This document shows, one piece after another, positions 56,432 through 64,000 of a stretch of 64,000 nt of DNA (within the stretch, counting starts at the first letter, position 1; each line of letters opens with the position of its first letter). Where the stretch lies: assembly GCA_022703485.1 (NCBI GenBank), contig JAKLDO010000004.1, positions 1,636-65,635 of the forward strand, read 5' to 3'. Made by a program: the position numbers and the translations under genes. This DNA is from a bacterium (GTDB lineage Bacteria; UBP6; UBA1177). Under the pieces are notes generated by a model. It made no database searches, had not been told where the DNA came from, and saw nothing but the letters and a program-made list of their open reading frames with translations.

Positions 56432-57447
56432 TACTTGCTCCCTGATTTCTTCTCAATTTGTTCAATTATTTTGTGATCGGGGAAATTCTCAAGTTCCATA
56501 CCGAAATGAAGTCCCATCTTGATAAGAAGGATCTTTATCTCGTTAAGTGATTTTCTCCCGAAATTCTTTGTCTTGAGCATTTCCGCTTCGGTCTTCTTGA
56601 CAAGTTCACCGATATAACGGATGTTTGCATTCTTAAGACAGTTGTTGGACCTTACGCTGAGATCGAGCTCATCTATCGTCTTGTACAGGTTCATATTGAC
56701 CTCTACATGGGAATCTGATGAGTTGAGATCGTCTTTGTCATCGATGGAGAAACTGATGAAGAACTTTGTGTGCTCTCTGAGGATCATAGCAGAGTATGCA
56801 AGTGCATCTCTCGGAGAAAGCGAACCGTCAGTTTCTATATCAACGACAAGCTTGTCAAAATCAAAGCTGTTCTTCACGCGGGCGTTGGAAACTTTGTAGT
56901 TAGCCCTTACGACCGGAGAGAAGAACGAGTCCACAGGAATGTAACCTTCACTGAAAATGTCCTGATTGTGAGCTTCGGAAGGAACATATCCTCTTCCTAT
57001 TCCTACGATCAGTTCCATTTCGAAATCGACACCTTCGTCCATATCAAAAAGATGAAGGTCCTTGTTAAGTATCTTTACACCTGCAGTTTCAACGATATCT
57101 CCTGCTTTTACGGAACCTTTAGCATTTTTTCTAAGAACAAGATGGTGGAGTTTGTCTTCATGTGCGACAAAGCGGATCTGTTTGACATTCAGGATAATAT
57201 CAACAACATCTTCCTTGATACCGGGAATAGTTGCAAATTCGTGCTCGACACCTTTAATTTTTACACCGATGACCGCTGCACCGCGAAGACTTGAAATAAG
57301 AATGCGGCGAAGGGAATTACCGAGTGTAACTCCATAGCCCTTCATGAGAGGTTCACAGACAAAACGGGCATATGCACCGTCAGCACCCTGCTCCACAACC
57401 TTCACATCTTTGGGCATGATCAATGTTTTCCAATTGGCTCGATACAT
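56431..57447 (-). CDS. rpoA: DNA-directed RNA polymerase alpha subunit
   Basis: GVTLGNSLRRILISSLRGAA, and the C-terminal domain motif LDLSVRSNNCLKNANIRYIGEL. Confidence 0.96.
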   Translation of the reverse strand: MYRANWKTLIMPKDVKVVEQGADGAYARFVCEPLMKGYGVTLGNSLRRILISSLRGAAVIGVKIKGVEHEFATIPGIKEDVVDIILNVKQIRFVAHEDKLHHLVLRKNAKGSVKAGDIVETAGVKILNKDLHLFDMDEGVDFEMELIVGIGRGYVPSEAHNQDIFSEGYIPVDSFFSPVVRANYKVSNARVKNSFDFDKLVVDIETDGSLSPRDALAYSAMILREHTKFFISFSIDDKDDLNSSDSHVEVNMNLYKTIDELDLSVRSNNCLKNANIRYIGELVKKTEAEMLKTKNFGRKSLNEIKILLIKMGLHFGMELENFPDHKIIEQIEKKSGSK

Positions 57448-57461
57448 CTATATTCCCCCTG

Positions 57462-58091
57462 TTACTTAGAATAAAGCTCAACTATGAGATTTTCCTTAAC
57501 ATCTTCGGTTATATCTTCTCTTTCAGGAAGGCGTACCACTTTCCCTGACATTGTGTCTTTATTAAGTTCGAGCCATGACGGAATTGACAGCCTTTCTCCG
57601 GCAGATTCAATAGTCTCTTTAAAGATCTTGGCTATCTTCGTCTTCTGTTTGACAGCTACGACATCTCCTTCCTTCAAAATGTATGAAGGAATGTCTGTTG
57701 CAACGCCATTAACGGCGAAATGCCTGTGGTTGATAAGCTGTCTGGCCTGCGATCTGCTTGTAGCAAGACCGAGACGGTAAACAACATTATCAAGTCTGCA
57801 CTCAAGCATTCTCAGCAGGTTCGTACCGGCAGCACCTTTTTTCATTGTTGCGCGGTCATAGAAAATGCTGAACTGTTTTTCGAGCATACCGTACACAGCT
57901 TTAGTCTTCTGTTTTTCCCTGAGCTGAAGTTTGTACTCGGTAACTCTTTTCTTGTCTTTTCCGTGATTTCCGGGACCGTAAGGTTTCCTTTCAAAGGAAC
58001 ATTTGTCGCTGTGACAGCGTTCGCCTTTAAGAAAGAGCTTTGCACCCTCTCTTCTGCAGACCTTACATTTTGCTTCTTTGTACTTAGCCAA
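57462..58091 (-). CDS. rpsD: 30S ribosomal protein S4
   Basis: MAKYKEAKCKVCRREGAKLFLKGERC. TTG start after GGAGGA. Confidence 0.96.
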   Translation of the reverse strand: MAKYKEAKCKVCRREGAKLFLKGERCHSDKCSFERKPYGPGNHGKDKKRVTEYKLQLREKQKTKAVYGMLEKQFSIFYDRATMKKGAAGTNLLRMLECRLDNVVYRLGLATSRSQARQLINHRHFAVNGVATDIPSYILKEGDVVAVKQKTKIAKIFKETIESAGERLSIPSWLELNKDTMSGKVVRLPEREDITEDVKENLIVELYSK

Positions 58092-58135
58092 AGCTTCCTC
58101 CTTTTAGGTAAGTAAAAGTTTACACCAATATAACA

Positions 58136-58516
58136 CTAGACTCTTCTTTTCTTTTTAGGACGGCATCCGTTATGCGGAATCGGAGTGATGTCCCTCAGAA
58201 GAGTAACATTATAACCTACATTTGCGAATCCTCTTATTGCAGCTTCTCTGCCGCTGCCGGGGCCTTTAACGAAAACGCTGAGAGTCCTCAGACCGTATTC
58301 CTGAGCTTTTTTACCGGCATCTTCTGCAGCCATCTGGGCAGCATAGGGAGTGCTTTTCTTACTTCCTCTGAATCCTTTCATTCCGGCGCTTGACCATGAA
58401 AGGACATTACCGCTGACATCAGTGATAGTTACAATTGTATTGTTAAAACTGCACTGAATATACGCCAAACCGGTCTGAATATTCTTTTTAACTTTCTTTT
58501 TCTTGTCAGGTGCCAT
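58136..58516 (-). CDS. rpsK: 30S ribosomal protein S11
   Basis: [16 protein letters not shown] and [17 protein letters not shown]. Confidence 0.96.
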   Translation of the reverse strand: MAPDKKKKVKKNIQTGLAYIQCSFNNTIVTITDVSGNVLSWSSAGMKGFRGSKKSTPYAAQMAAEDAGKKAQEYGLRTLSVFVKGPGSGREAAIRGFANVGYNVTLLRDITPIPHNGCRPKKKRRV

Positions 58517-58525
58517 GTTTATCTC

Positions 58526-58894
58526 CTACTTTTTCTTTTTCATAAGGTTGCGTCTGGGACCTTTTCTTGTCCTCGAATTAGTACGAGTTCTCTGACCCCT
58601 GCACGGAAGTCCTCTTCTATGTCTACGGCCTCTGTAGCTTCCGAGGTCCATAAGACGCTTAATATTCATGATGGTGTCTTTTCTAAGATCACCTTCGACC
58701 TTATATTCCTGATCGATCACCGCCCTGATCTTTATTGCTGTCGCATCATCGACATCATCACTTTTGGTGTTTTCATCAAGACCGGCTTTTTCCAATATTT
58801 TTTTAGCGCTTGTTCTGCCTATACCGTAAATATAGGTCAAAGCTATCGCCATTCTTTTCTTCCTCGGAAGATCTACTCCTGCGATACGAACCAA
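58526..58894 (-). CDS. rpsM: 30S ribosomal protein S13
   Basis: [13 protein letters not shown]...[23 protein letters not shown] start after AGGAGG. Confidence 0.96.
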   Translation of the reverse strand: MVRIAGVDLPRKKRMAIALTYIYGIGRTSAKKILEKAGLDENTKSDDVDDATAIKIRAVIDQEYKVEGDLRKDTIMNIKRLMDLGSYRGRRHRRGLPCRGQRTRTNSRTRKGPRRNLMKKKK

Positions 58895-58929
58895 CTGTCA
58901 CCTCCTGACTTATATCTTAGCGTTTATAA

Positions 58930-59043
58930 TTAACCCTGTCTCTGTTTGTGTTTCGGATTTTCACAGACAACCCTTAAAACACCCTTCCTTTTAACGATCT
59001 TGCACTTTGTGCATATCTTTTTTACAGAAGCCCTGACTTTCAT
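58930..59043 (-). CDS. rpmJ: 50S ribosomal protein L36
   Basis: This gene is not in the ORF track because it is under 60 aa. My translation is [37 protein letters not shown]. Confidence 0.93.
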   Translation of the reverse strand: MKVRASVKKICTKCKIVKRKGVLRVVCENPKHKQRQG

Positions 59044-59053
59044 CTTCAATCTC

Positions 59054-59287
59054 CTATGAATTGTCGTTATTCTTCATCCTGTGAACGATCCTTCCCCTTG
59101 TCAGATCATACGGGGACAGCTCGATCTGAACTTTGTCTCCGGGAAGTATGCGAATGAAATATTTCCTCATCTTTCCTGAAATATGAGCAAGCACAAGATG
59201 TCCGTTCTGAAGTTCAACGCGGAACATGGCATTCGGCAATGTATCCACTATCGTTCCTTCAACTACTATTCCTTCTTCTTTTGCCAT
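59054..59287 (-). CDS. infA: translation initiation factor IF-1
   Basis: [45 protein letters not shown] 59287 follows AAGGA. Confidence 0.95.
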   Translation of the reverse strand: MAKEEGIVVEGTIVDTLPNAMFRVELQNGHLVLAHISGKMRKYFIRILPGDKVQIELSPYDLTRGRIVHRMKNNDNS

Positions 59288-59317
59288 TCCTTGTAACCTA
59301 TACAAAAAAACATGCTG

Positions 59318-59345
59318 AATTTAATCGCATTGTCCGATTTTTCAA
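59318..59345 (-). promoter_or_regulatory. weak candidate internal promoter upstream of infA
   Basis: On the minus strand: TTGAAA, 16 nt, TAAATT, in the 171-nt secY-infA gap. Confidence 0.25.
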
Positions 59346-59458
59346 ATAAAAACTGGCACATATGGGTAACTTTTCGAAATTCCTCTGTTTTTTCAATTCA
59401 ATTTCTCCGGAGGCATTATCCGAAAATATACTTTTTGGCCTGATACCGGACATTGCTG

Positions 59459-60778
59459 TCAGCCTCTTCTGCTTTTCACAAGAGAGCCTTTTCCACCAAT
59501 GGAGAAACCCTCATAGTTGTTATTTATAAGATAACTCTCGATCTGCGAGGCCATATCCATTGCAACGCCTACGACTATCAGTATCGATGTTCCTCCCATA
59601 CCGTAAAACGGCAGTCCCATCTTATTTCTGAAAATATCAGGAAGTATGCATATCACTGCAAGATATGCAGCGCCGCCGAAAGTAATTCTCGATAGAACTG
59701 TATTGATGTAGTTCACTGTCTCTTTTCCAGGTCTCACACCGGGAATATATCCGCCCTGCTTATTGATGTTCTCTGCCACATCTTCTGTCTTGAACTGTAC
59801 GAATGTATAGAAATATGCAAAAAAGACAATGAGCAGGAGATACAGCAGATTATAAAGCCATCCACCGGGATTCATCCATGTCTGAAGGGGTCCCATGTTA
59901 AACTGGAAGAAGCTTGATATCGTAGCAGGGAAAACAAGCAGCGCACTAGCAAATATCGGCGGAATGACACCGGAAGTGTTTATTCTGAGAGGAAGATGGG
60001 ATGTCTGGATCTTAGTTCCGCCTGCAACTCTTCTTGCATATTGAACAGGTATTCTCCTCTGCGAACTTTCAACAAATACGATAAGAGCGAAAGCGGCAAC
60101 CATTATAATGCCGAATATTACAACTTGATGAGGCTTTATCATCTGTTCGCTCAGATATTTAAACATCTGGAAGAACATGTTGGGGAATCTTGCAACGATG
60201 GATGCAAATATTATCAGCGAAACTCCGTTGCCTATACCTCTGTCAGTGATCTGCTCTCCAAGCCACATAAGGAACAGCGTACCTGTGGTAAGGGTTATGA
60301 CCGTTATGATCCTGAAAAACCATCCCGGAGTATTGACAACAACTTCTCCTGAAGGACCGTTAAGACTTTCAAGGAATTTTGCCATCATGAATCCCTGGAA
60401 CACACAGAGAAGCACTGTGCCGTACCTTGTGTACTGAGTTATCTTCCTATATCCCTGATCTCCATCCTTCTGCAACTCGCCTATTCTCGGAACAACAACA
60501 GCAAGCAGTGACATGATAATGGATGAACTGATATACGGCATGATGCCTAATGCAAATATAGAAAGGTTCTCGATCGCACCTCCGGCGAACATGTTGAAAA
60601 TGCCGAGCAGCGTATCAGACCCTTTTGACAGCATTATTTTTGCCATTACATTTCTGTTCACGCCCGGAGTGGTAATAAATATACCGAGCCTGTATACAGC
60701 AAGGATCATAAGAGTGAAAAGAACTCTCTCTCTAAGATCTGGAATTTTGAAAATGTTTTTTAAAATTCTACTAATCAA
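59459..60778 (-). CDS. secY: preprotein translocase subunit SecY
   Basis: 10-TM SecY pattern (LAVYRLGIFITTPG, GIMPYISSSII). TTG 60778 sits 6 nt after AGGAGA. GTG 60802 (the ORF-track start) is the alternative. Confidence 0.95.
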   Translation of the reverse strand: MISRILKNIFKIPDLRERVLFTLMILAVYRLGIFITTPGVNRNVMAKIMLSKGSDTLLGIFNMFAGGAIENLSIFALGIMPYISSSIIMSLLAVVVPRIGELQKDGDQGYRKITQYTRYGTVLLCVFQGFMMAKFLESLNGPSGEVVVNTPGWFFRIITVITLTTGTLFLMWLGEQITDRGIGNGVSLIIFASIVARFPNMFFQMFKYLSEQMIKPHQVVIFGIIMVAAFALIVFVESSQRRIPVQYARRVAGGTKIQTSHLPLRINTSGVIPPIFASALLVFPATISSFFQFNMGPLQTWMNPGGWLYNLLYLLLIVFFAYFYTFVQFKTEDVAENINKQGGYIPGVRPGKETVNYINTVLSRITFGGAAYLAVICILPDIFRNKMGLPFYGMGGTSILIVVGVAMDMASQIESYLINNNYEGFSIGGKGSLVKSRRG

Positions 60779-61217
60779 GATTGATCTCCTCTGCTTTTCC
60801 ACCGGATTTTTCTATAGATTCCTTTGCTCCAGCTGTGAATTTATGGGCTTTCACAGTTATTGCTTTTGTAAGTTCATATTTTCCGATTATTTTCACGATC
60901 TCGTCCTTTCCTTTAAAAAGACCTGCTGCCGCAAGCTTTTCAAGGTCAACGACCGTTCCTGCATCAAAACTTTCAAGATATCTTATGTTTATCTCACAGA
61001 CACCCTTAGCCCATTTATTGAAGAAACCTCTTTTGGGGATCCTTCTATTATACGGCATTGTACCGCCCTCAAAGCCTCTTCTGACTCCACCGCCCGAACG
61101 GGCTTTCTGTCCTTTATGGCCTTTGCCTGCAGTGCTGCCTGTTCCGCTTCCGTCACCCCTTCCTATTCTTTTTCTGGACTTAAGTCCTTCGGGTTTTTTT
61201 AAATCATGCAGCTGCAT
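60771..61217 (-). CDS. rplO: 50S ribosomal protein L15
   Basis: RIGRGDGSGTGSTAGKGHKGQKARSGG. Confidence 0.96.
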   Translation of the reverse strand: MQLHDLKKPEGLKSRKRIGRGDGSGTGSTAGKGHKGQKARSGGGVRRGFEGGTMPYNRRIPKRGFFNKWAKGVCEINIRYLESFDAGTVVDLEKLAAAGLFKGKDEIVKIIGKYELTKAITVKAHKFTAGAKESIEKSGGKAEEINLD

Positions 61218-61221
61218 ATGA

Positions 61222-61746
61222 CTACTCCTTTTCCTTTAACTGATAATTTTTCACACCTATATTTCTTTTTGCTTCAACCGTTTCAAGATCTTCCACGGAA
61301 AGAAGCGCATTCAGTGTGGCCTTTGCCATGTTGTGCGGATTATTTGAACCAAGCGATTTGGAAAGGATATCTTTCACACCTGCAGCTTCAAGCACCGCTC
61401 TTACAGCAGAACCTGCAATAACTCCTGTACCGGCTGAAGCAGGGCGGAGAACAACTTTTCCCGCTCCAAACTCGCCTGTTATTTCATGAGGAACGGTCCC
61501 TCTGAGAAGTGTGACCTTCCTGATGTTCTTCTTGGCTCTTGCAACGCCTTTCCTTATAGCTTCAGGAACTTCGCGCGCCTTGCCCAGACCTATGCCTACA
61601 AAACCTTTGCCGTCGCCTACGACCATCAGAGCGGCGAAACTGAAATTTTTACCGCCTTTGACAACCTTAGCAACTCTGTTGACATATATGAGCTTTTCGT
61701 TCAATTCGAGGGTTTCCGGATTGACCGGTTTGTTTGTTTCTTTCAT
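61222..61746 (-). CDS. rpsE: 30S ribosomal protein S5
   Basis: [30 protein letters not shown] 61746 sits 6 nt after AGGAG. Confidence 0.96.
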   Translation of the reverse strand: MKETNKPVNPETLELNEKLIYVNRVAKVVKGGKNFSFAALMVVGDGKGFVGIGLGKAREVPEAIRKGVARAKKNIRKVTLLRGTVPHEITGEFGAGKVVLRPASAGTGVIAGSAVRAVLEAAGVKDILSKSLGSNNPHNMAKATLNALLSVEDLETVEAKRNIGVKNYQLKEKE

Positions 61747-61761
61747 CAGCAACTCCTAAAC

Positions 61762-62121
61762 TTAAAATTTAAGTCCATGTTCTCTGGCAGCATCAGCAAG
61801 AGCTTTAAGTCTGCCATGGAAGGGATATCCGTTCCTGTCAAAAACAACAGTTTCGATCCCTTTTTCCTTGCATTTCATTGCGATAGTCTGTCCTACTTTT
61901 GCAGCGACAGCTTTTTTATCGCCCTGCGGTTTCGTAAAACCCTTTTCATCAGAAGATGCCGAAACAAGCGTTACACCTGCGACATCATCAATAAGTTGAG
62001 CATAAATATGCCTGTTGCTTTTGAAAACGGAAAGTCTCGGACGTTCCGGAGTACCTGAAACTCTTTTCCTGATACTCAACTTTCTTTTTTCACGCCTTTC
62101 TTTTTTTATATCCGGTCTCAT
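61762..62121 (-). CDS. rplR: 50S ribosomal protein L18
   Basis: [20 protein letters not shown]...[21 protein letters not shown]. Confidence 0.96.
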   Translation of the reverse strand: MRPDIKKERREKRKLSIRKRVSGTPERPRLSVFKSNRHIYAQLIDDVAGVTLVSASSDEKGFTKPQGDKKAVAAKVGQTIAMKCKEKGIETVVFDRNGYPFHGRLKALADAAREHGLKF

Positions 62122-62133
62122 TTGATCCTCCGA

Positions 62134-62676
62134 CTATTTACCGGCTGCCTTGCCGGCTTTTCTTCTAATAACCTGCCCTTTGTAGGATATTCCTTTACCC
62201 TTGTAAGGTTCAACCGGACGGAGAGCCTTTATCTTGGCTGCGAAATCGCCAAGAGCTTCCTTGTCTGCCGAAGTAAGGGTCAGTTCATTGTTTGTCTTGT
62301 TGATCTCTGCAGAAATCCCCTTAGGTAATTCCATCTCGATCGGGTGAGAAAAACCTAAAGAAAATCCGATCTTACTGCCCTTAAGCTCAAACTTATATCC
62401 GGTACCTTTCACTTCAAGGACCTTCGTAAATCCATTTGTCACACCTACAACCATATTGTTGATGAGAACTCTGAAAAGACCGTGAAGCGCTTTTGCCTCA
62501 TTTGAATCATCTTTTCTTTCCAGTTTAATATGGTTCCCTTCGATCACAACACTTATTTCCGGGTGTACATCCTTAACAAGCGTCGCTTTCGGTCCCTGTA
62601 CAGTTATTGCTCCGCCCTTGAGCGATACTTTGACATTGCTGCCGAATTCAATGGGCATTTTTCCTATTCTAGACAC
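62134..62676 (-). CDS. rplF: 50S ribosomal protein L6
   Basis: MSRIGKMPI...PYKGKGISYKG. GTG start after GGAGGA. Confidence 0.96.
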   Translation of the reverse strand: MSRIGKMPIEFGSNVKVSLKGGAITVQGPKATLVKDVHPEISVVIEGNHIKLERKDDSNEAKALHGLFRVLINNMVVGVTNGFTKVLEVKGTGYKFELKGSKIGFSLGFSHPIEMELPKGISAEINKTNNELTLTSADKEALGDFAAKIKALRPVEPYKGKGISYKGQVIRRKAGKAAGK

Positions 62677-62688
62677 TAGTATCCTCCA

Positions 62689-63087
62689 TTACCATACTTT
62701 ACAGATGATCTCGCCGCCGACATTGAGCTCTCTTGCCTTTACATCTGTCATGACACCTTTGGATGTGGTGACGATAGCAACACCGAGACCCTCTCTGATA
62801 TAAGGAATGTCACCGGCATTTGTATAGACCCTTCTTCCTGATGAGCTCACTCTTTCGATGTGTGAGATTACACTTTTATTACGATAGTATTTTATATCCA
62901 CAGATACAGTCTTTTTACCGTTCAGTTCATTTATTCTGTAATCTGAAATATAACCTTCTTCTTTGAGAACCCTGGATATCTCTTCAATTACTTTTGAAGA
63001 CGGGATCCCTGAAACATTTTCCTTCCCTGCAAGAATAGCATTTCTCACTCTGGTAAGGTAGTTTGATATAAGATCATTCATTGCCAT
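62689..63087 (-). CDS. rpsH: 30S ribosomal protein S8
   Basis: DLISNYLTRVRNA...GGEIICKVW. Confidence 0.96.
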   Translation of the reverse strand: MAMNDLISNYLTRVRNAILAGKENVSGIPSSKVIEEISRVLKEEGYISDYRINELNGKKTVSVDIKYYRNKSVISHIERVSSSGRRVYTNAGDIPYIREGLGVAIVTTSKGVMTDVKARELNVGGEIICKVW

Positions 63088-63102
63088 GCTGCACCTCTTT
63101 AA

Positions 63103-63288
63103 TTACCAGCTCGACTTGGTCACGCCGGGAACCATTCCCTCGTTTGCAAGCGCTCTGAAACATATTCTGCACATTTTAAACTTTCTAAGGTATGCTTTCG
63201 GTCTTCCGCAAAGAGGGCATCTATTATACGCCCTAACCTTAAATTTCGGCTTCCTTTCAGCCTTTATGCGGATACTCTTCTTTGCCAA
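63103..63288 (-). CDS. rpsN: 30S ribosomal protein S14, zinc-binding type Z
   Basis: 61 aa with a CPLCGR...CRIC zinc ribbon and terminal W. TTG start after AGGAGG. Confidence 0.95.
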   Translation of the reverse strand: MAKKSIRIKAERKPKFKVRAYNRCPLCGRPKAYLRKFKMCRICFRALANEGMVPGVTKSSW

Positions 63289-63310
63289 TTTATCCTCCTA
63301 TGATTCCTGG

Positions 63311-63862
63311 TTAGCTGTTAAAAGGCATATTGAACTTCTTCAGCAGAAGTTTTGCATCCTGGTCATTTGTGGCCGTGGTGACTATGGTGATGTTAAAACC
63401 TTTCGGTTTCTCAACCTTATTAAAGTCGATCTCAGGGAAAATAAAGAACTCCTTTATTCCTATTGTATAGTTGCCTCTGCCGTCAAAGGATTTGCCTGAA
63501 ACACCTTTGAAGTCCTTTACACGGGGAAGCGCTATGTTTATAAGGTGATCAAGGAAATCATACATTGCATCCTTCCTGAGCGTCACGGATGTACCTATCG
63601 GCATATCTTCTCTGAGCTTGAATGTAGCGATCGATTTCTTAGCCTTGTTGATAACCGGTTTCTGTCCGGCGATAGCTGTGAGCTCTTTATGAGCGTCTTC
63701 AAGTATCTTTTTGTTTGCAATGGCTTCACCGACACCCATGTTAAGGATGATCTTTTCGATCTTAGGCACTGCCATGGCGTTGCAACCGAGTTCCTTCTGG
63801 AGAGCAGGCTTTATTTCACTTTCGTACTGCTCTCTGAGTCTGCTCTTGTATTTTTCAGTCAT
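63311..63862 (-). CDS. rplE: 50S ribosomal protein L5
   Basis: LNMGVGEA...[16 protein letters not shown] 63862 sits 6 nt after GGAG; ATG 63868 abuts the RBS. Confidence 0.95.
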   Translation of the reverse strand: MTEKYKSRLREQYESEIKPALQKELGCNAMAVPKIEKIILNMGVGEAIANKKILEDAHKELTAIAGQKPVINKAKKSIATFKLREDMPIGTSVTLRKDAMYDFLDHLINIALPRVKDFKGVSGKSFDGRGNYTIGIKEFFIFPEIDFNKVEKPKGFNITIVTTATNDQDAKLLLKKFNMPFNS

Positions 63863-63873
63863 TATCATCTCCG

Positions 63874-64000
63874 TTAATCAATTATTTCGCCGGTCTTCTT
63901 ATCAACCCTGACGCGTGTTCCATCTTCGAGAGTCTTCATTCTGAAAGATGTCACTTCGTTTGTCTTCGGGTTTATAGCGGCGACATTTGAAATGTGGATG
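63874..64000 (-). CDS. rplX: 50S ribosomal protein L24 (3' end only; gene continues beyond the window)
   Basis: My translation is [41 protein letters not shown], which is the L24 C-terminal pattern, in the expected position upstream of rplE. Confidence 0.85.
   Translation of the reverse strand, partial: IHISNVAAINPKTNEVTSFRMKTLEDGTRVRVDKKTGEIID

Noticed and set aside
1-64000. A search by eye for rRNA, tRNA, transposase/integrase, toxin-antitoxin pairs, restriction-modification, cas or other known defence genes.
   Set aside because: I recognised none. The intergenic regions are short and show no cloverleaf-type structures. The only mobile-element-flavoured gene is the single ORF6N protein. 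A tRNAscan/Infernal/defence-finder run is needed to be sure.

Overview
This is a 64-kb chromosomal segment from a diderm (Gram-negative-type) bacterium. I cannot assign a taxon by eye. It carries about 70 tightly packed genes. I recognised no rRNA, tRNA, CRISPR array, transposase or integrase.

Housekeeping content:
- pheS-pheT.
- A long minus-strand operon: valS, nadC, a hypothetical gene, a GT39-like glycosyltransferase and an M23 peptidase.
- A stand-alone acyl carrier protein, RNase HIII, a PEGA-domain Ser/Thr kinase, an aspartate-type aminotransferase, rpmB, ribF and class II fba.
- yjbQ followed by an aroD, aroE-aroK (fused), aroA, aroC operon.
- htpX and an oleate hydratase.
- The 3' part of the spc operon plus the alpha ribosomal operon (rplX' to rplQ). 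It lacks rpmD, adk and map.

Accessory content, which is the interesting part:
1. A roughly 1,720-aa secreted K/E-rich coiled-coil giant (7.2-12.4 kb).
2. A block at 33-56 kb rich in exported proteins. Many are lipoproteins with poly-acidic D/E/P/T linkers directly after the lipobox.
3. Two tandem HExxH metalloprotease paralogs that both end in GCGCT[LI]VF.
4. A four-gene envelope operon: a beta-barrel-like protein, a lipoprotein, a PEGA protein, and a TolB-N/CsgG-like module fused to Sel1 repeats.
5. A pure KKAAPKK-repeat histone-H1-like gene behind a near-consensus promoter.
6. A 124-nt three-way-junction element next to a TGTTCAA repeat operator, in a divergent intergenic region.
7. Domain oddities: a Rossmann-like fold fused to a chemoreceptor tip, a PBP1C-like protein with all three transpeptidase motifs degenerate, and Hcp-type C-x7-C Sel1 proteins.

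All family calls come from motif recognition by eye. No database search was run. Many ORF-track starts are over-extended; I re-placed them using RBS spacing.
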